NCBI RefSeq assembly: GCF_001194135.2
Contig: NC_068981.1
Location: forward strand, 3,539,705-3,574,753
Reading direction: 5' to 3'
From: Octopus bimaculoides
Lineage: Eukaryota
Length of the DNA stretch: 35,049 nt
A program made the translations under genes and the position numbers. The notes below the pieces were generated by a model. It was not told the DNA's origin. It worked only from the letters and a program-made list of their open reading frames with translations, and did no database searches. Below are positions 1-10,389 of the stretch, piece after piece. Every line of letters begins with the position of its first letter. Positions within the stretch are counted from its first letter, which is position 1.

Positions 1-48
<48 letters not shown>
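1..48. repeat. (TA)n microsatellite
   Basis: Pure TA run from the window start. Confidence 0.98.
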
Positions 49-51
<3 letters not shown>

Positions 52-1309
52 TCTAAAATAATCTGGTTTCTCTTTATATATTTTCTATTTCCCTCGTTCA
101 TTCTTTCTCATTCGTCAATGTGTTTATTGTGTTTTATCTTTACTCTTCTTGTTTTACTTTGTACAGAGAAACACGTGTTGTGTATATGGTGTGTCTATTG
201 TAGCTAATTGCTCGTCCACTCACCGCAAGAATAGAACAAAGGTAAAACCAAAACGAAACATTATCAACGAGAAAGCATATTCCTGAAAACAAGTGGGTCC
301 TGTACTGTAAGAAAAGGGACAAATCGATTTAACCATGATGATAAATTAGGGAGTTCGCAAAGAACACCAGAGAACAGAGAATATTCTCTCGATATTGGAA
401 GTGATAACCAATTATATAGGACGTGTGTGAGTGCGTGCAGATCATGTGTTGTTACAGTGATTATATACATAAATATATAGATATAGATACCTATACACAT
501 ATATAGACATACATATGTATATACACAAACATACCTACCTAGGATATGTTAGATTCTAATAATCTTTTCATTCCGTCCTCGGTAAATGTTGATATACGAT
601 ACATCGTGTGTAGATATTAGCGAACAAATAATCGTGTAATGTAATATAAAGACAGTCTTAAATAAAAACGCTGCTGCTGAAAGCATTCGAACTATAAGAA
701 GCCTGATCGACAAGGAAACAATAATCGATATTTTGAAATTTCTAGTTGTTTCAAAGCCTCGCAAAAATACTCCTATCGGTTGTCTCCCTTGAATGTTGAC
801 TAATCTTGTATTGAGTAATAAGGAATAGCCTTGGAATTAACTATTTAAAAAACTCCCCTGTTTAATTAGAATGGTAATTAGCAAAAATAGGGTACCTCTC
901 CAAGGGAGTGCTTTTAATGAATTGAAGAACCTATGATACATAATACACCTGGAATATCTATGAAATGAAAATGAGGCTTCGTGACATTTTTAAGGGAATG
1001 TATTCGGAATTAAAAGGGTTTGCAGTAGGATCAAGGTCGAGGAAATATGATGAAAGAGGGAGTAGGGGAGAAGTCGATTATTGAAAGAACAGGCAGAATG
1101 TATTTATAGATCTTCTACATATGCATTTGTATATAGATGTGGGGATCTATTTATATATTTATTTATCTATCTTTCTATCTATCCATCTGTCGATCGATCT
1201 ATCTGCGTCTATCTACACAGACACACACACACAGGGAGCGACGCACGCTATATATTCATGTGTGTGCGTGTACGTACGCATATGTATGTATGTATGTATG
1301 TATCTCTTG

Positions 1310-1638
1310 TTTGAGTCAATAGATTGCGGCCATGCTGGGGCACCATCCTGAAAAGTTTTGGTTGAACAGATCAACCCCAGTAATTTTAAAGTCTGATACT
1401 TATTCTAACAGTGTCATTTGCTGGACAGTTCGGTTCCAAGGGCGTAAACAAACCAGCACCGGTTATCAAAAGCACAACGACAAACACATATATTTTCCGT
1501 CAAAAAAATTTATTCACAAGTCATTAGCCGGCCCGGGACTCTAGCTAGCAGGTGAAACTTACCGAAGGTTCCGTGCAGTGGGATTGAACACGAAAGCACG
1601 TGGCTGTAAACGAGCTTCTTAACCACACATCCATGCTC
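1310..1638 (-). mobile_element. tRNA-derived SINE, family A (CORE-like middle), decayed
   Basis: Plus strand gtgcagtgggattgaac...cttcttaaccacacatcc is the reverse of the tRNA A/B-box head; the 3' part gcggccatgctggggcacc matches the copies at 8546-8911 and 32295-32692. Confidence 0.8.
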
Positions 1639-2656
1639 ATGTGTGTATGTGTTGTATGTTATGTGTATGTATGGTTATACACTAACACATGTTAGTGTGT
1701 AAATATATGTATGTAGGTATACCGTGTATAGATAGTATGTATTATAATGAACATAAGTGCGTTCAGTTCGTCAGAAAAGGTTAAAAGAAGAGACGGAAGG
1801 TAGACGTATAAGTCAAGACGGGAAAGACAGCAACGAAAGCTAAGAAATACATACGCAATATACAGAATATAATAGGAAAATGAACATTAAAAGAGTCTTA
1901 AAAGAAGAAAGCGTAGAATAACAGATCAGGAGTAATGTTGGCAAATTTCCGGAAGTGTGGAATGTCCTGACAGAACTGATACGCATCGTTTATTCCATGA
2001 TCTGACAATTCTGACCGTGAAAACAAATGCTTCCAAAAGTCAAGGGTGCTGCACTGTTTTTATTTTATTCTACAAGTATGTAGAAAGTATGTAGAATGGT
2101 AAAGATACTCAGTTAAAAAGATCACCAAAGTTGTTGTTGGAAAGATGGATAATTTTGTGGGTTTCTGCCAAGTCAGCTTCTATACATCGAAACTGTAGTG
2201 TGTCAATGACCAGAGAGGCAATACACTTGAGATTTGGTAAGTGACTGACAAAAGGTATTCGTTTGATTGCACGTCTCTGGATTCCAGCAGATTAATATTC
2301 TGAATAGAATAAGGGCTCTAGACTTGAGATGTGTGGTTACCAGCTTTAAATAGATAGCTACTGAGTGGCTGTCAAAGGTCTTACTAAGTAATGCTAGGAC
2401 AACTCGGCCTTTTTTGATGATTTTAGAGAAGTCGTACGTCCGTTAACAATAATACTTCGTTCTCGTTTAACTGCAGCCTTCTTAAGGTTGATTTTGTGAA
2501 TAGAACAGGTAAATTCCGGGTTTTTCTTCCCAAAATGTATAGCGGCGCAAGTGTCTCCAGCTTGCTTGAGTTGTCAGTTGGCAATCCTTTGCAGTGTTGC
2601 TTCCAGATCGGATTACAGAAAAGATCTATTAGACATAGTATTCGTTGTTTTCATCT

Positions 2657-3076
2657 TATAGGAAAGTAGTTATACACCATTAGGTGTACACCCGCTTTCC
2701 TATATTAAATTCTAAATAATAACGGAACGCAGAAACTCTGAACTATCAACACAACAATATTTATTTATGGAGGAAATAGGCAGCTTTAATCTTGGTTGCT
2801 GAGACGACTTCTGTGAGAGAGCATGGTTGCTGAGACGCCGGAATGTAGGAATGAGCTGTCCCCAGAGTTGGAATGCTGGAGAGACAGCTTGACCTGTCCA
2901 TGCTCATGGCCCGCCGACCGAGAAAGAGAATAATTTGAGCGGGAACGTTTAGATGTTGAATTCCACGCATGCGCATGAGACTCTTCCCGTGTTCCTTCCG
3001 GAACTATTCCCTGCGCATGCGTAGATGAAAACGCAGTAATGGCTACTGTACCTTGGCGCCAAATGACGTCACTACA
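2657..3076 (-). mobile_element. Solo LTR-like insert (Gypsy-type by termini and TSD length), 420 bp
   Basis: Flanked by direct ATCT (2653-2656 and 3077-3080). Ends are TATAG...CTACA, i.e. TGTAG/CTACA with one change. Removing it restores the LINE frame YADNIKLYLE|MKTTNTM. Minus-strand AATAAA at 2760-2765 and ATTAAA at 2785-2790. Confidence 0.75.
2965..3071. promoter_or_regulatory. Motif cluster in the U3-like end of the LTR: two NRF1-like GCGCATGCG sites, an ETS-like TTCCGGAA and a CRE TGACGTCA
   Basis: cacgcatgcgcatg (about 2965-2978), cttccggaa (about 2995-3003), tgcgcatgcg (3012-3021), tgacgtca (3064-3071). Function is untested. Confidence 0.4.
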
Positions 3077-4789
3077 ATCTCAAGGTACAGCTTAATGTTG
3101 TCTGCGTAGTGTAACAGTAGCATGATTCAAGTTGGTATCTATATCATTAATGTATGCAAGAAATAACGGGGGACCAAAAACAGGTCCCTACAGGACACCA
3201 GATATCAACGACTAAGGTTCAGAATGTTGTCCTATTATTGTGACTATCACTTTTCAATCGTGAACGAAGGATTTCAACCAGTTATAAAGATTAGCCCCCA
3301 TGCGCATTGCAGGAAGTTTCACTGTAGTCGTTTGTGATTGGGGTTTCAAGAAATTCGATAAGTTGGCCACAGCGTCTGCAATTACGAACATCGTAATTGT
3401 AAGAGGCGAATAAGGTTACAATTTTTCCAGAAGTTGCAGGGTATCTCTCAGACGGGATTCCATCAATTTAGCAATACAGCTTGTAAGACTGGCTACACGG
3501 TAATTGACAGGTCACATGAGGTTACCCTTTCTGAAAAAGAGAATAACACTGGCAATTTTCCATTGTTTTGGAAGAGCGCAGTTATTAAAGCGGAATTACG
3601 AGAAAGATAGTGAGAGCTGACGCAGCAGAAAGAGCCCACCGCGCTTGAGAAGCAAAATGAACGACATTATAATGACCAAGGGAGACATAGTCGCGCACAC
3701 ACTTGTGGTGTCGCTGAATTGCAGGAGGAAATTCAACAAATGTTATGGGATTTGGTGCTTAAAGCAGTGAAGCTAGAATGTTTGGATTTTCAGCAGCAAA
3801 ATTGCTAGAATAGCATTCGAAAATAAGATCTGCCCTCTTTTTGAGATCTTCAGTAATCTGATCTGTGTTGGGATTGTGAAGAGGGCTTATTGGATAATGA
3901 GGCCTCTGCTTCGAACGCAAATATTTCCAGAACACCTTACTATCCTGGTTGGCTGTTCTGCATTGTTAAATTTTAAGTAATGATTTCTTAGTCAGCCTGC
4001 TTGATATATTGGACTCGCTGTTGCGCCTTTTTCTATTCTCCTATGTTCTGCATAATCTGTATCCACGTTCAACATCTTGTCATTCTTTCCTAGTAAGTCG
4101 GCCTGCTTCAGCTTTCCATATTGCACGTTCGTGGTTTCCAAACGTCGTATCGGTGGTTCGTATGCGGCCCAAATTGAATGAAGAATGCACTGAAGGATGG
4201 TTCTGGCATCCTCAGACTCGTAAAAGTTAAATCAGATAAGGTGTTCTAATTCAGTACAATAGGAGTTCCAGTCAGTTTTGTTTCAATCAAAGTGAGCCGT
4301 TTGGAGGTGGTGGGTTTTCTTTTTCATTCTGTCCATAAGATACAGGTTGGCAATAATCATAGAAATAATTTTCAGGGAAATAATTTTCAATCTGTGTCCA
4401 GTAAAAGATTTCCCAACCAATCTCTGGTCAACTGAAATCGCCGACGATGAAAATATAGGTGGCTGTTAATATAAATGCAGCAATGAGGATGTCAAATAGT
4501 TGTGTGTCTTGAAGGTAGTATCGTGGTGGGGGTAAACAACGCCAAACAGAAGTGTTAATATATCTATACGAATGTTGCAGAATACATACTCTAGCTTCGG
4601 CTGATTCAAATGGTCGCAAGGTATTTTTGAAAAGCTTGAGTGAACATAGACCAACACACCACCCCTGCGGCTAGTTGTCGCCAGCCATGTTAAAAACACC
4701 ATCCCAGAGTAAAAAATGTACCAATATTTCCGTGAATATATATTTGTGTGTGTGTGTGTGTGCGTGCGTGTGCGTGCGTACATATATCG

Positions 4790-4985
4790 TTGTCGTCACG
4801 ATCTTCATTCTTATATTCGGTTTCCATGCCGGTATATGTGGGACATTTTGTCAGGATCCAATGTGTCAGATAACCATGCCTCAGTCCACAGTTTTGACGT
4901 TTGTTTATCCTTTTATTTGCGTTAGATACTCTTCATGACACTAACCATTCTACAGCATGTTCTGAGAGCGTTTTAAGTGGCACCA
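4790..4985 (-). mobile_element. Decayed short RTE-derived element inserted in the CR1 LINE, next to a (TG)n tract
   Basis: ggtttccatgccggt... and gcgttttaagtggcaccagcac resemble the cleaner copies at 6780-6990 and 24105-24280. Confidence 0.5.
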
Positions 4986-5399
4986 GCACAAGAGAGGTTA
5001 CCATTTGAACTCATGAGATTAAAGAGCAGCCTTCAACGGAGAGGTCACATTAAAGAAGGTGTTGAGAGGTTTTGATTATAATGGGAGAAGCAGGAAGAGG
5101 TTTACTGTTGGGGAAGAAATACAAGGCTACCTTGAGTTTTACTAGAGTGGCTGGGGAGCTAGAATGGCACCCCAAAAGGTGGGCACGCGTAAATAGGCGA
5201 TGTGCTACCAGCGACCTCCTGCGTGTTGTTTTGAAGTTATGCGTAGTAAATTAGCAAAAGAGGAGTTAATCATGTTTGCCCGGAATTTTCTGGACTGTTC
5301 GAGAATGTTCGATCGGGAGAGATAACTGTCGTTGATTCCCAACGAATACTTTGTGGGTTTGCGAATCTGTTTCAATTAGCATTGCCTACACCTTCAGGA

Positions 5400-5930
5400 T
5401 AACATGTTCAAGAAAAGGAAAAGAAGAGAGTGTGGATACAGAAGAATCGGGGATGAGGGTAAGGAAGGTTGCAAAAGAATGGGGGTGAGTGAGAAATGGA
5501 TATAAACATGGGGAATGTTGTTGGAGGAATGTGGTGAATGGTGAACAGGCGTAGAGTGGTAAATACGAGTGGGGGAAACGGTGATAAGAATGAAGGATGG
5601 AAATTGATTGCGAGTAGCAATGGAGATAGTGAGCGGTGACTGGCAGACTGGAAATTGATTACGAGTAGCAATGGAGAGAGTGAGTGGTGACTGGCAGTAC
5701 AGAAATGGCAATGTCGTATAGTATGTAGTAACGTGTTGAGCTTTCATTACTTGCAACATCAGAATAATAGAGTATCTAGGTGAGTGAGTGAAGGATAAGC
5801 GATGAGGAGATGGGGGTTGAAGGTTGAAGATAGTGAGGGGAGAGTGACAGGTAGATATAAACAAGGGTAGGAGAGCCAATAGCAAAAAATGAAGGATAGG
5901 TGTCAATATGAAGTGGCTCAAAGGAGAGAG
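5400..5930. repeat. Purine-rich low-complexity tract with a 51-bp tandem duplication at 5598-5697
   Basis: tggaaattgatt(g/a)cgagtagcaatggaga(t/g)agtgag(c/t)ggtgactggcag occurs at 5598 and 5649. Confidence 0.8.
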
Positions 5931-6034
5931 ATAATTGTTTGGGTGGGGTGAAAAGTTGGGAAGACAGAAATAGATTTGTCAGAGATTCAGTTGTGTACGT
6001 AGACAGTATTCTTTTGAGAACCTCAGTCGTGCTG

Positions 6035-6600
6035 TGCAAATACAACTGGGTCTTTGTTCTCAAATACCAATCATCTCAGTCCTTTATTATCTCCTCTATG
6101 AGATCAACCTTCCCAACTTCATTTCGTAGCTTCCTTGGTCTTCAACAACTCCCGTGCACAGTAAGCAACAGGTACTTCTTTATACAACTATCCTCAACCA
6201 TGCGCATCACATGCCCAAACCAACTCAGCTTCATCTCTTGCACACTGCATCTGATTCCTCTTATGCCCAATGCTTTTTCTTAAAATATCTATATTCCATC
6301 GTACAGGCACAACTGCTATTGCACATTCAGTGGAAGACGTTGGTTACATTTCTTTCTCGTCTTTGCATATCCTCTGCATTCAGGACCCCGTCTCACTAAC
6401 ATATAGCAATGTAGTTCGTACACAAGCATCATACAATCTGCCTTTCACTCCGAGGGAGAGACCTTTTGTTACCAACGCAGCTCAGTCAACTATTCTTACT
6501 CCGGCTACAAAATTTTCAGAACATTCTCCATTACAGCTAATTAAGTCTCTTATGTACCATAAGCTATCTACTACCTCTAGGGGATCCCTGAGCATTTAGG
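6035..6600 (-). mobile_element. RTE-clade LINE ORF2 C-terminal fragment
   Basis: Minus strand: LVTKGLSLGVKGRLYDACVRTTLLYVSET and QEMKLSWFGHVMRMVEDSCI, the post-RT motifs typical of RTE. Confidence 0.9.
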
Positions 6601-6779
6601 AGCATTTACTTCCGATGCACTTTTAGTGTTGTTTTTTTTTTCTTTTTAATGTATTTGGTGTCGCTGAATTTTTGATTTCACTTCTGATAACACTATGTGA
6701 CCAAAGTGCCACTCACCATGTGACCCACCTTGACCAATAGCTGCCCAGTTTCTAGGAGCCATCTTGGATTATATATGTA

Positions 6780-6990
6780 CATCATCATCATCATCATCGT
6801 TCAACGTCCGCTTTCCATGCTAGCATGGGTTGGACGATTTGACTGAGGGTTGGCGAACCAGATAGCTGCACCGGGCTCCAATCATATCTGGTAATGTTTC
6901 TACAGCTGGATGTCCTTCCTAACGCCAACCATTCCGAGAGTGTAGTGGGTGCTTTTACGTGCCATCGGCACGAGGGCCAGTCAGGCGGTA
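6780..6990 (-). mobile_element. Short non-autonomous RTE-derived element with a (GAT)n tail
   Basis: (atc)n-cgttcaacgtccgctttccatgctagcatgggttggacg...tttctacagctggatgtccttcctaacgccaacc; the same motif pair recurs in at least six copies in the window. Confidence 0.85.
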
Positions 6991-7045
6991 CTATATATAT
7001 TTGTGTGTGTGTGTATGTGTGTGTGTGTATACACACACACTCACA

Positions 7046-7724
7046 TACGAAGGAGAGTAAAAAATTATACGCACTCTTGTTTTTTTTCAATGTATTTACA
7101 CAAAAGCAGGGGATAAACAAGTACGTCACTTTTCTATAGAATCTCCTTCTTTTTCGGTGCATTTGGTCCAGCGGTCCATGAGCTTGCATATTCCCTCCAA
7201 TTTAGTTGGTTGTGCAACCATTTATGCACCACTTCCTTCACATCTTCATCCGTAGGAAATCGAGGACCTCGTAAACAATCTTTGAGCGGTCCAAAGTCGG
7301 AAGGGCCGAGATCTGAGCTGTAGGCAGAGTGTTCCCGCACTTCAAAACCTAATTGATTAATGGTTTCAACAGTCTGGACGTTCGTGTGTGGGCGTGTATT
7401 GTCATGGAGCAACTAAACCTTCCTCGACAATAGGCTTCGGCGTTTGGTATAAATTACTGGCTTCAGGTTGTTGACCAGCAAAGCACTGTATCTTACACCG
7501 TAGATCGGATCACTGCTCTTTGTTCTTCTTTGGTGCACAGTCCTAGTGGAGCGGCCATGCTTACACCATAAAGCCAGAAAGAAACATGGCGCGATCAGCT
7601 TCAACCTTCGATCACGTGACCACAGAAGGACCAACTATGAGCACGCATGCGCAGAAGGCAGTGTGGCAATAATAAAGATATGTTATGGCGAAAGTGCAGA
7701 TAATTTTTGACTTCCCCACACGCA
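7046..7724 (-). mobile_element. Internally deleted mariner element with both TIRs
   Basis: TIRs tacgaaggagagtaaaaaattatacgcact (7046-7075) and agtgcagataatttttgacttccccacacgca (7693-7724). Minus strand gives MAAPLGLCTKEEQRAVIR joined to RYSALLVNNLKPVIYTKRRSLLSRKV*LLHDNTRPH...AYSSDLGPSDFGPLKDCLRG, matching the mariner HDNARPH and YSPDLAPSDF motifs. Confidence 0.92.
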
Positions 7725-8230
7725 CCTAAGTATACATACATGGACTTACACACACACAAATAACCCATATGCGATCCACAGAGCAAACCGCACGCATACA
7801 CACACACACATTTATATATACACATACACACACAGATTCAGGCACACACTGCAAGAAAAACACACTCACACAACATACTTAAAAACTTCTTGCTCACTTT
7901 CTACTGACCATCGTCCACGCACATGAAAAAAAGGTGACACACAGACAACTACTCCCAAATAATTCCTGCTACTAATTCCTTCTACAACGTTAAGCGACAC
8001 ACACACTAAGATATAAACAACCAAACCACACACACATACACGTGCTGTTATTACACAAACACACGGACCCGCGCGCACGCACACATACATACCTCCTTCT
8101 CTTGCACTCTCCTGTCTTAGAAAGAACTTTTTCTTCACCCATTCCCTTCCGGTCATTCCACAATGTAACCTCGTGTATATTGTTGGCGATTTTTTCTTCC
8201 TCCGTCTTTCCCTTCTTTGGACTTTCCTTC

Positions 8231-8265
8231 GTTTCCGATGAAGAGTTCCGCTCGAAACGTCAAGT
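8231..8265 (+). ncRNA. Minimal type-I hammerhead ribozyme-like motif (U4C core variant), Penelope-type
   Basis: gttt-CCGATGA-A-GAG ttccg CTC-GAAAC-GTC-aagt: stem II GAG/CTC, ACGT palindrome, GUC triplet, weak stem I. Confidence 0.55.
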
Positions 8266-8270
8266 TCTCT

Positions 8271-8545
8271 NNNNNNNNNNNNNNNNNNNNNNNNNNNNNN
8301 NNNNNNNNNNNNNNNNNNNNNNNNNNNNNNNNNNNNNNNNNNNNNNNNNNNNNNNNNNNNNNNNNNNNNNNNNNNNNNNNNNNNNNNNNNNNNNNNNNNN
8401 NNNNNNNNNNNNNNNNNNNNNNNNNNNNNNNNNNNNNNNNNNNNNNNNNNNNNNNNNNNNNNNNNNNNNNNNNNNNNNNNNNNNNNNNNNNNNNNNNNNN
8501 NNNNNNNNNNNNNNNNNNNNNNNNNNNNNNNNNNNNNNNNNNNNN
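8271..8545. other. Assembly gap (N run)
   Basis: N run. The other gaps are 15586-15955, 18799-19264, 21958-22051, 23109-23388 and 33486-33855. Confidence 0.99.
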
Positions 8546-8911
8546 GTAATTTGATTACGACCATGCTGGAACACCACCTTTAGTCGAGCAAATCGACCTC
8601 AGGATTTATTCTTTGTAAGCCTAGTACTTATTCTATCGGTCTCTTTTTGCTGAACCGCTAAGTAACGGGGACGTAAACACACCAGCATCGGTTGTCAAGT
8701 GATGTTGGGGGTACAAACACAGACACACAAATACATATATACTTTTATATATATCTATATGACAAGCTTCTTTCAGTTTCTGTCTACCAAATCCACTCAC
8801 AAAACTTTGGTCGGCCCAAGGGTATAATAGAAGACACTTGCCCAAGGTGCCACACAGTGGGACTGAACCCAGAACCATGTGATTGGGAAGCAAGCTTCTT
8901 ACCACACAGCC
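8546..8911 (-). mobile_element. tRNA-derived SINE, family A
   Basis: Well-preserved reverse copy: cacagtgggactgaacccagaaccatgtgattgggaagcaagcttcttaccacacagcc head and gaagacacttgcccaagg CORE-like block. Confidence 0.92.
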
Positions 8912-8974
8912 ATATATATGTATGTATGTATGTATATACACACACTGTAAACCAATCCTTGCTAAACACTGTCA

Positions 8975-9300
8975 CCTCTGACCCATAGAGTATTTGTCGT
9001 CTCCTGTGTCTTTTTTAAACTTATCCTTTCTTCTGCAGCTTGTATTAATTTCTCCAATCTATAATTCTCAAAGTCGTTTCTTGGGTGTTGTCTGATTGCT
9101 TTGCAGAGAACAGAATACTCAAAGAGATCTTTCACGTTCACCTTCATCAGTTTCCTCTTCTCTAGCATTTTCTTCGACTCCTCCAAGATTCTTCCACCAG
9201 GCTCCTGTTAGCTTGCAGTTTTCGATTTCCATATGCTGCTCTTAATTTTCTGGACCAGCAACCTGTAGTCCTTACTGAGCGCTTTGAGAAGACACCAAAT
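8975..9300 (-). mobile_element. RTE-like LINE ORF2 fragment from the endonuclease-RT linker
   Basis: EESKKMLEKRKLMKVNVKDLFEYSVLCKAIRQHPRNDFENYRLEKLIQAAEERISLKK resembles the RTE linker region (recognition only). Confidence 0.6.
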
Positions 9301-9374
9301 TTCCTCATTGATAAAGGTAATAAATCACATCCCTACCTAGCCAGTGGGGTGACCTCATCTTAAAAGCTAAAACA

Positions 9375-9680
9375 ATGCGAGGAACAAAGCGGTGTGAACG
9401 ATGTGGTCGCAGAGCACCAAAAGCATAAGTTCTAGAAGGCTGGACTGGTCACAAGGTTCACAGACAACAGGTGGACCCATGCAGTTGTCAAGTGGTACCC
9501 AAGAGAGTGGAAAAGGTTACTTTGAAGGCCTCCACAGCAACAGGAAGATAATTTGGTCAAGCAATTTGGATCAAGATGGAAAAGAATGGCGTAGTCGAGG
9601 CAAAATTGGAAGTGCATTGTGACCAGTGGTGTGTAACAGCATCTGATGGCCTGATCAATATTGTGATACTGTGATACACA
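9375..9680 (+). mobile_element. RTE LINE 3' end with a gtgatact repeat tail
   Basis: EEQSGVNDVVAEH...TRFTDNRWTHAVVKWYPREWKRLL*RPP...FGSRWKRMA, followed by ttgtgatactgtgatac. Confidence 0.85.
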
Positions 9681-9914
9681 CACGCACACACATGTATATG
9701 ATTGAAAGCAAAACTTTCCAACTAATCTAATCTGTCGCATGATTCTAGACAGTGTTCAATAATTATTTATCAATAAATTAAGATATTTCCAGCAACGATG
9801 TTTGTATAAATGAGAAATATGGAGCAGAATGAAATACCTCAGAATATTCCCTTCAACATTCAAACTTTCCTGTCTCCCAAACAGTAACTGATCCTTCTGT
9901 TATCTTGCCAAAAA

Positions 9915-10228
9915 AATGTATGTTCTTGGGTTGCGGTCATACTGGGGCACCGCTTTGAAGAACCTAGTACTTATCTCTAAGGATATCTTTTGCTGAAGTG
10001 CTAGATTAAGGAGATGTAAACAAACCGACATCAGTTGTCAAGCAATTGAGGGACAAACATTAAAGACATACATATATACACAACGGGCTTTCACACAGTT
10101 TCCGTCAACCAAATTCACTCACAGAGCATTAGTTGGCCCAGGGCTATAATAGGAGACACTTGCTGAAGGTGATGTGTAGTGAGACTGAAGAGAAGATCAT
10201 GTGGCTGCAGAGCAAGTTTCTTAACCAC
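9915..10228 (-). mobile_element. tRNA-derived SINE, family A, decayed
   Basis: gcggtcatactggggcaccgc...ggagacacttgctgaagg...gtttcttaaccac. Confidence 0.8.
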
Positions 10229-10389
10229 CGGGTCTGCACCTAAGTATATACACTTTTAGAAAAAAAAAAGGAATGAAAGGAATACTCAGAACAATGTGTC
10301 CCGTTTATGTTTGAAGATGGACAGTTATGACTCATGAGTCAGAAATGGAGTAAAATTTTAGCTACCTACGACTTGAAAAGCAGATCCAA

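Larger units (their letters stand above)
1745..5400 (-). mobile_element. Decayed CR1/L2-type LINE: APE endonuclease, RT, C-terminus and 3' UTR, possibly the end of ORF1; interrupted by later insertions
   Basis: Minus-strand translations: SRRGGVLVYV, LFGVVYP and IFIVGDFS (endonuclease, about 4430-4690); QWKIASVILFFRKGNLM*PVNYRVASLTSCIAKLMES (about 3455-3565); SGVL*GPVFGP (about 3170-3205); YINDI...YADNIKLYLE (about 3078-3155); NINLLES and ADLAETHKIIH (about 2155-2300); FTVRIVRSWNK (about 1985-2020). Many stops and frameshifts. The 5' limit near 5400 is tentative. Confidence 0.9.

Noticed and set aside
50-1080. Probable repeat-derived sequence near the window start
   Set aside because: Translations gave no convincing motif, so it is left unannotated rather than guessed.
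5394-5921. 175-aa minus-strand ORF
   Set aside because: Low-complexity purine/pyrimidine-skewed DNA with a 51-bp duplication; no recognisable domain.
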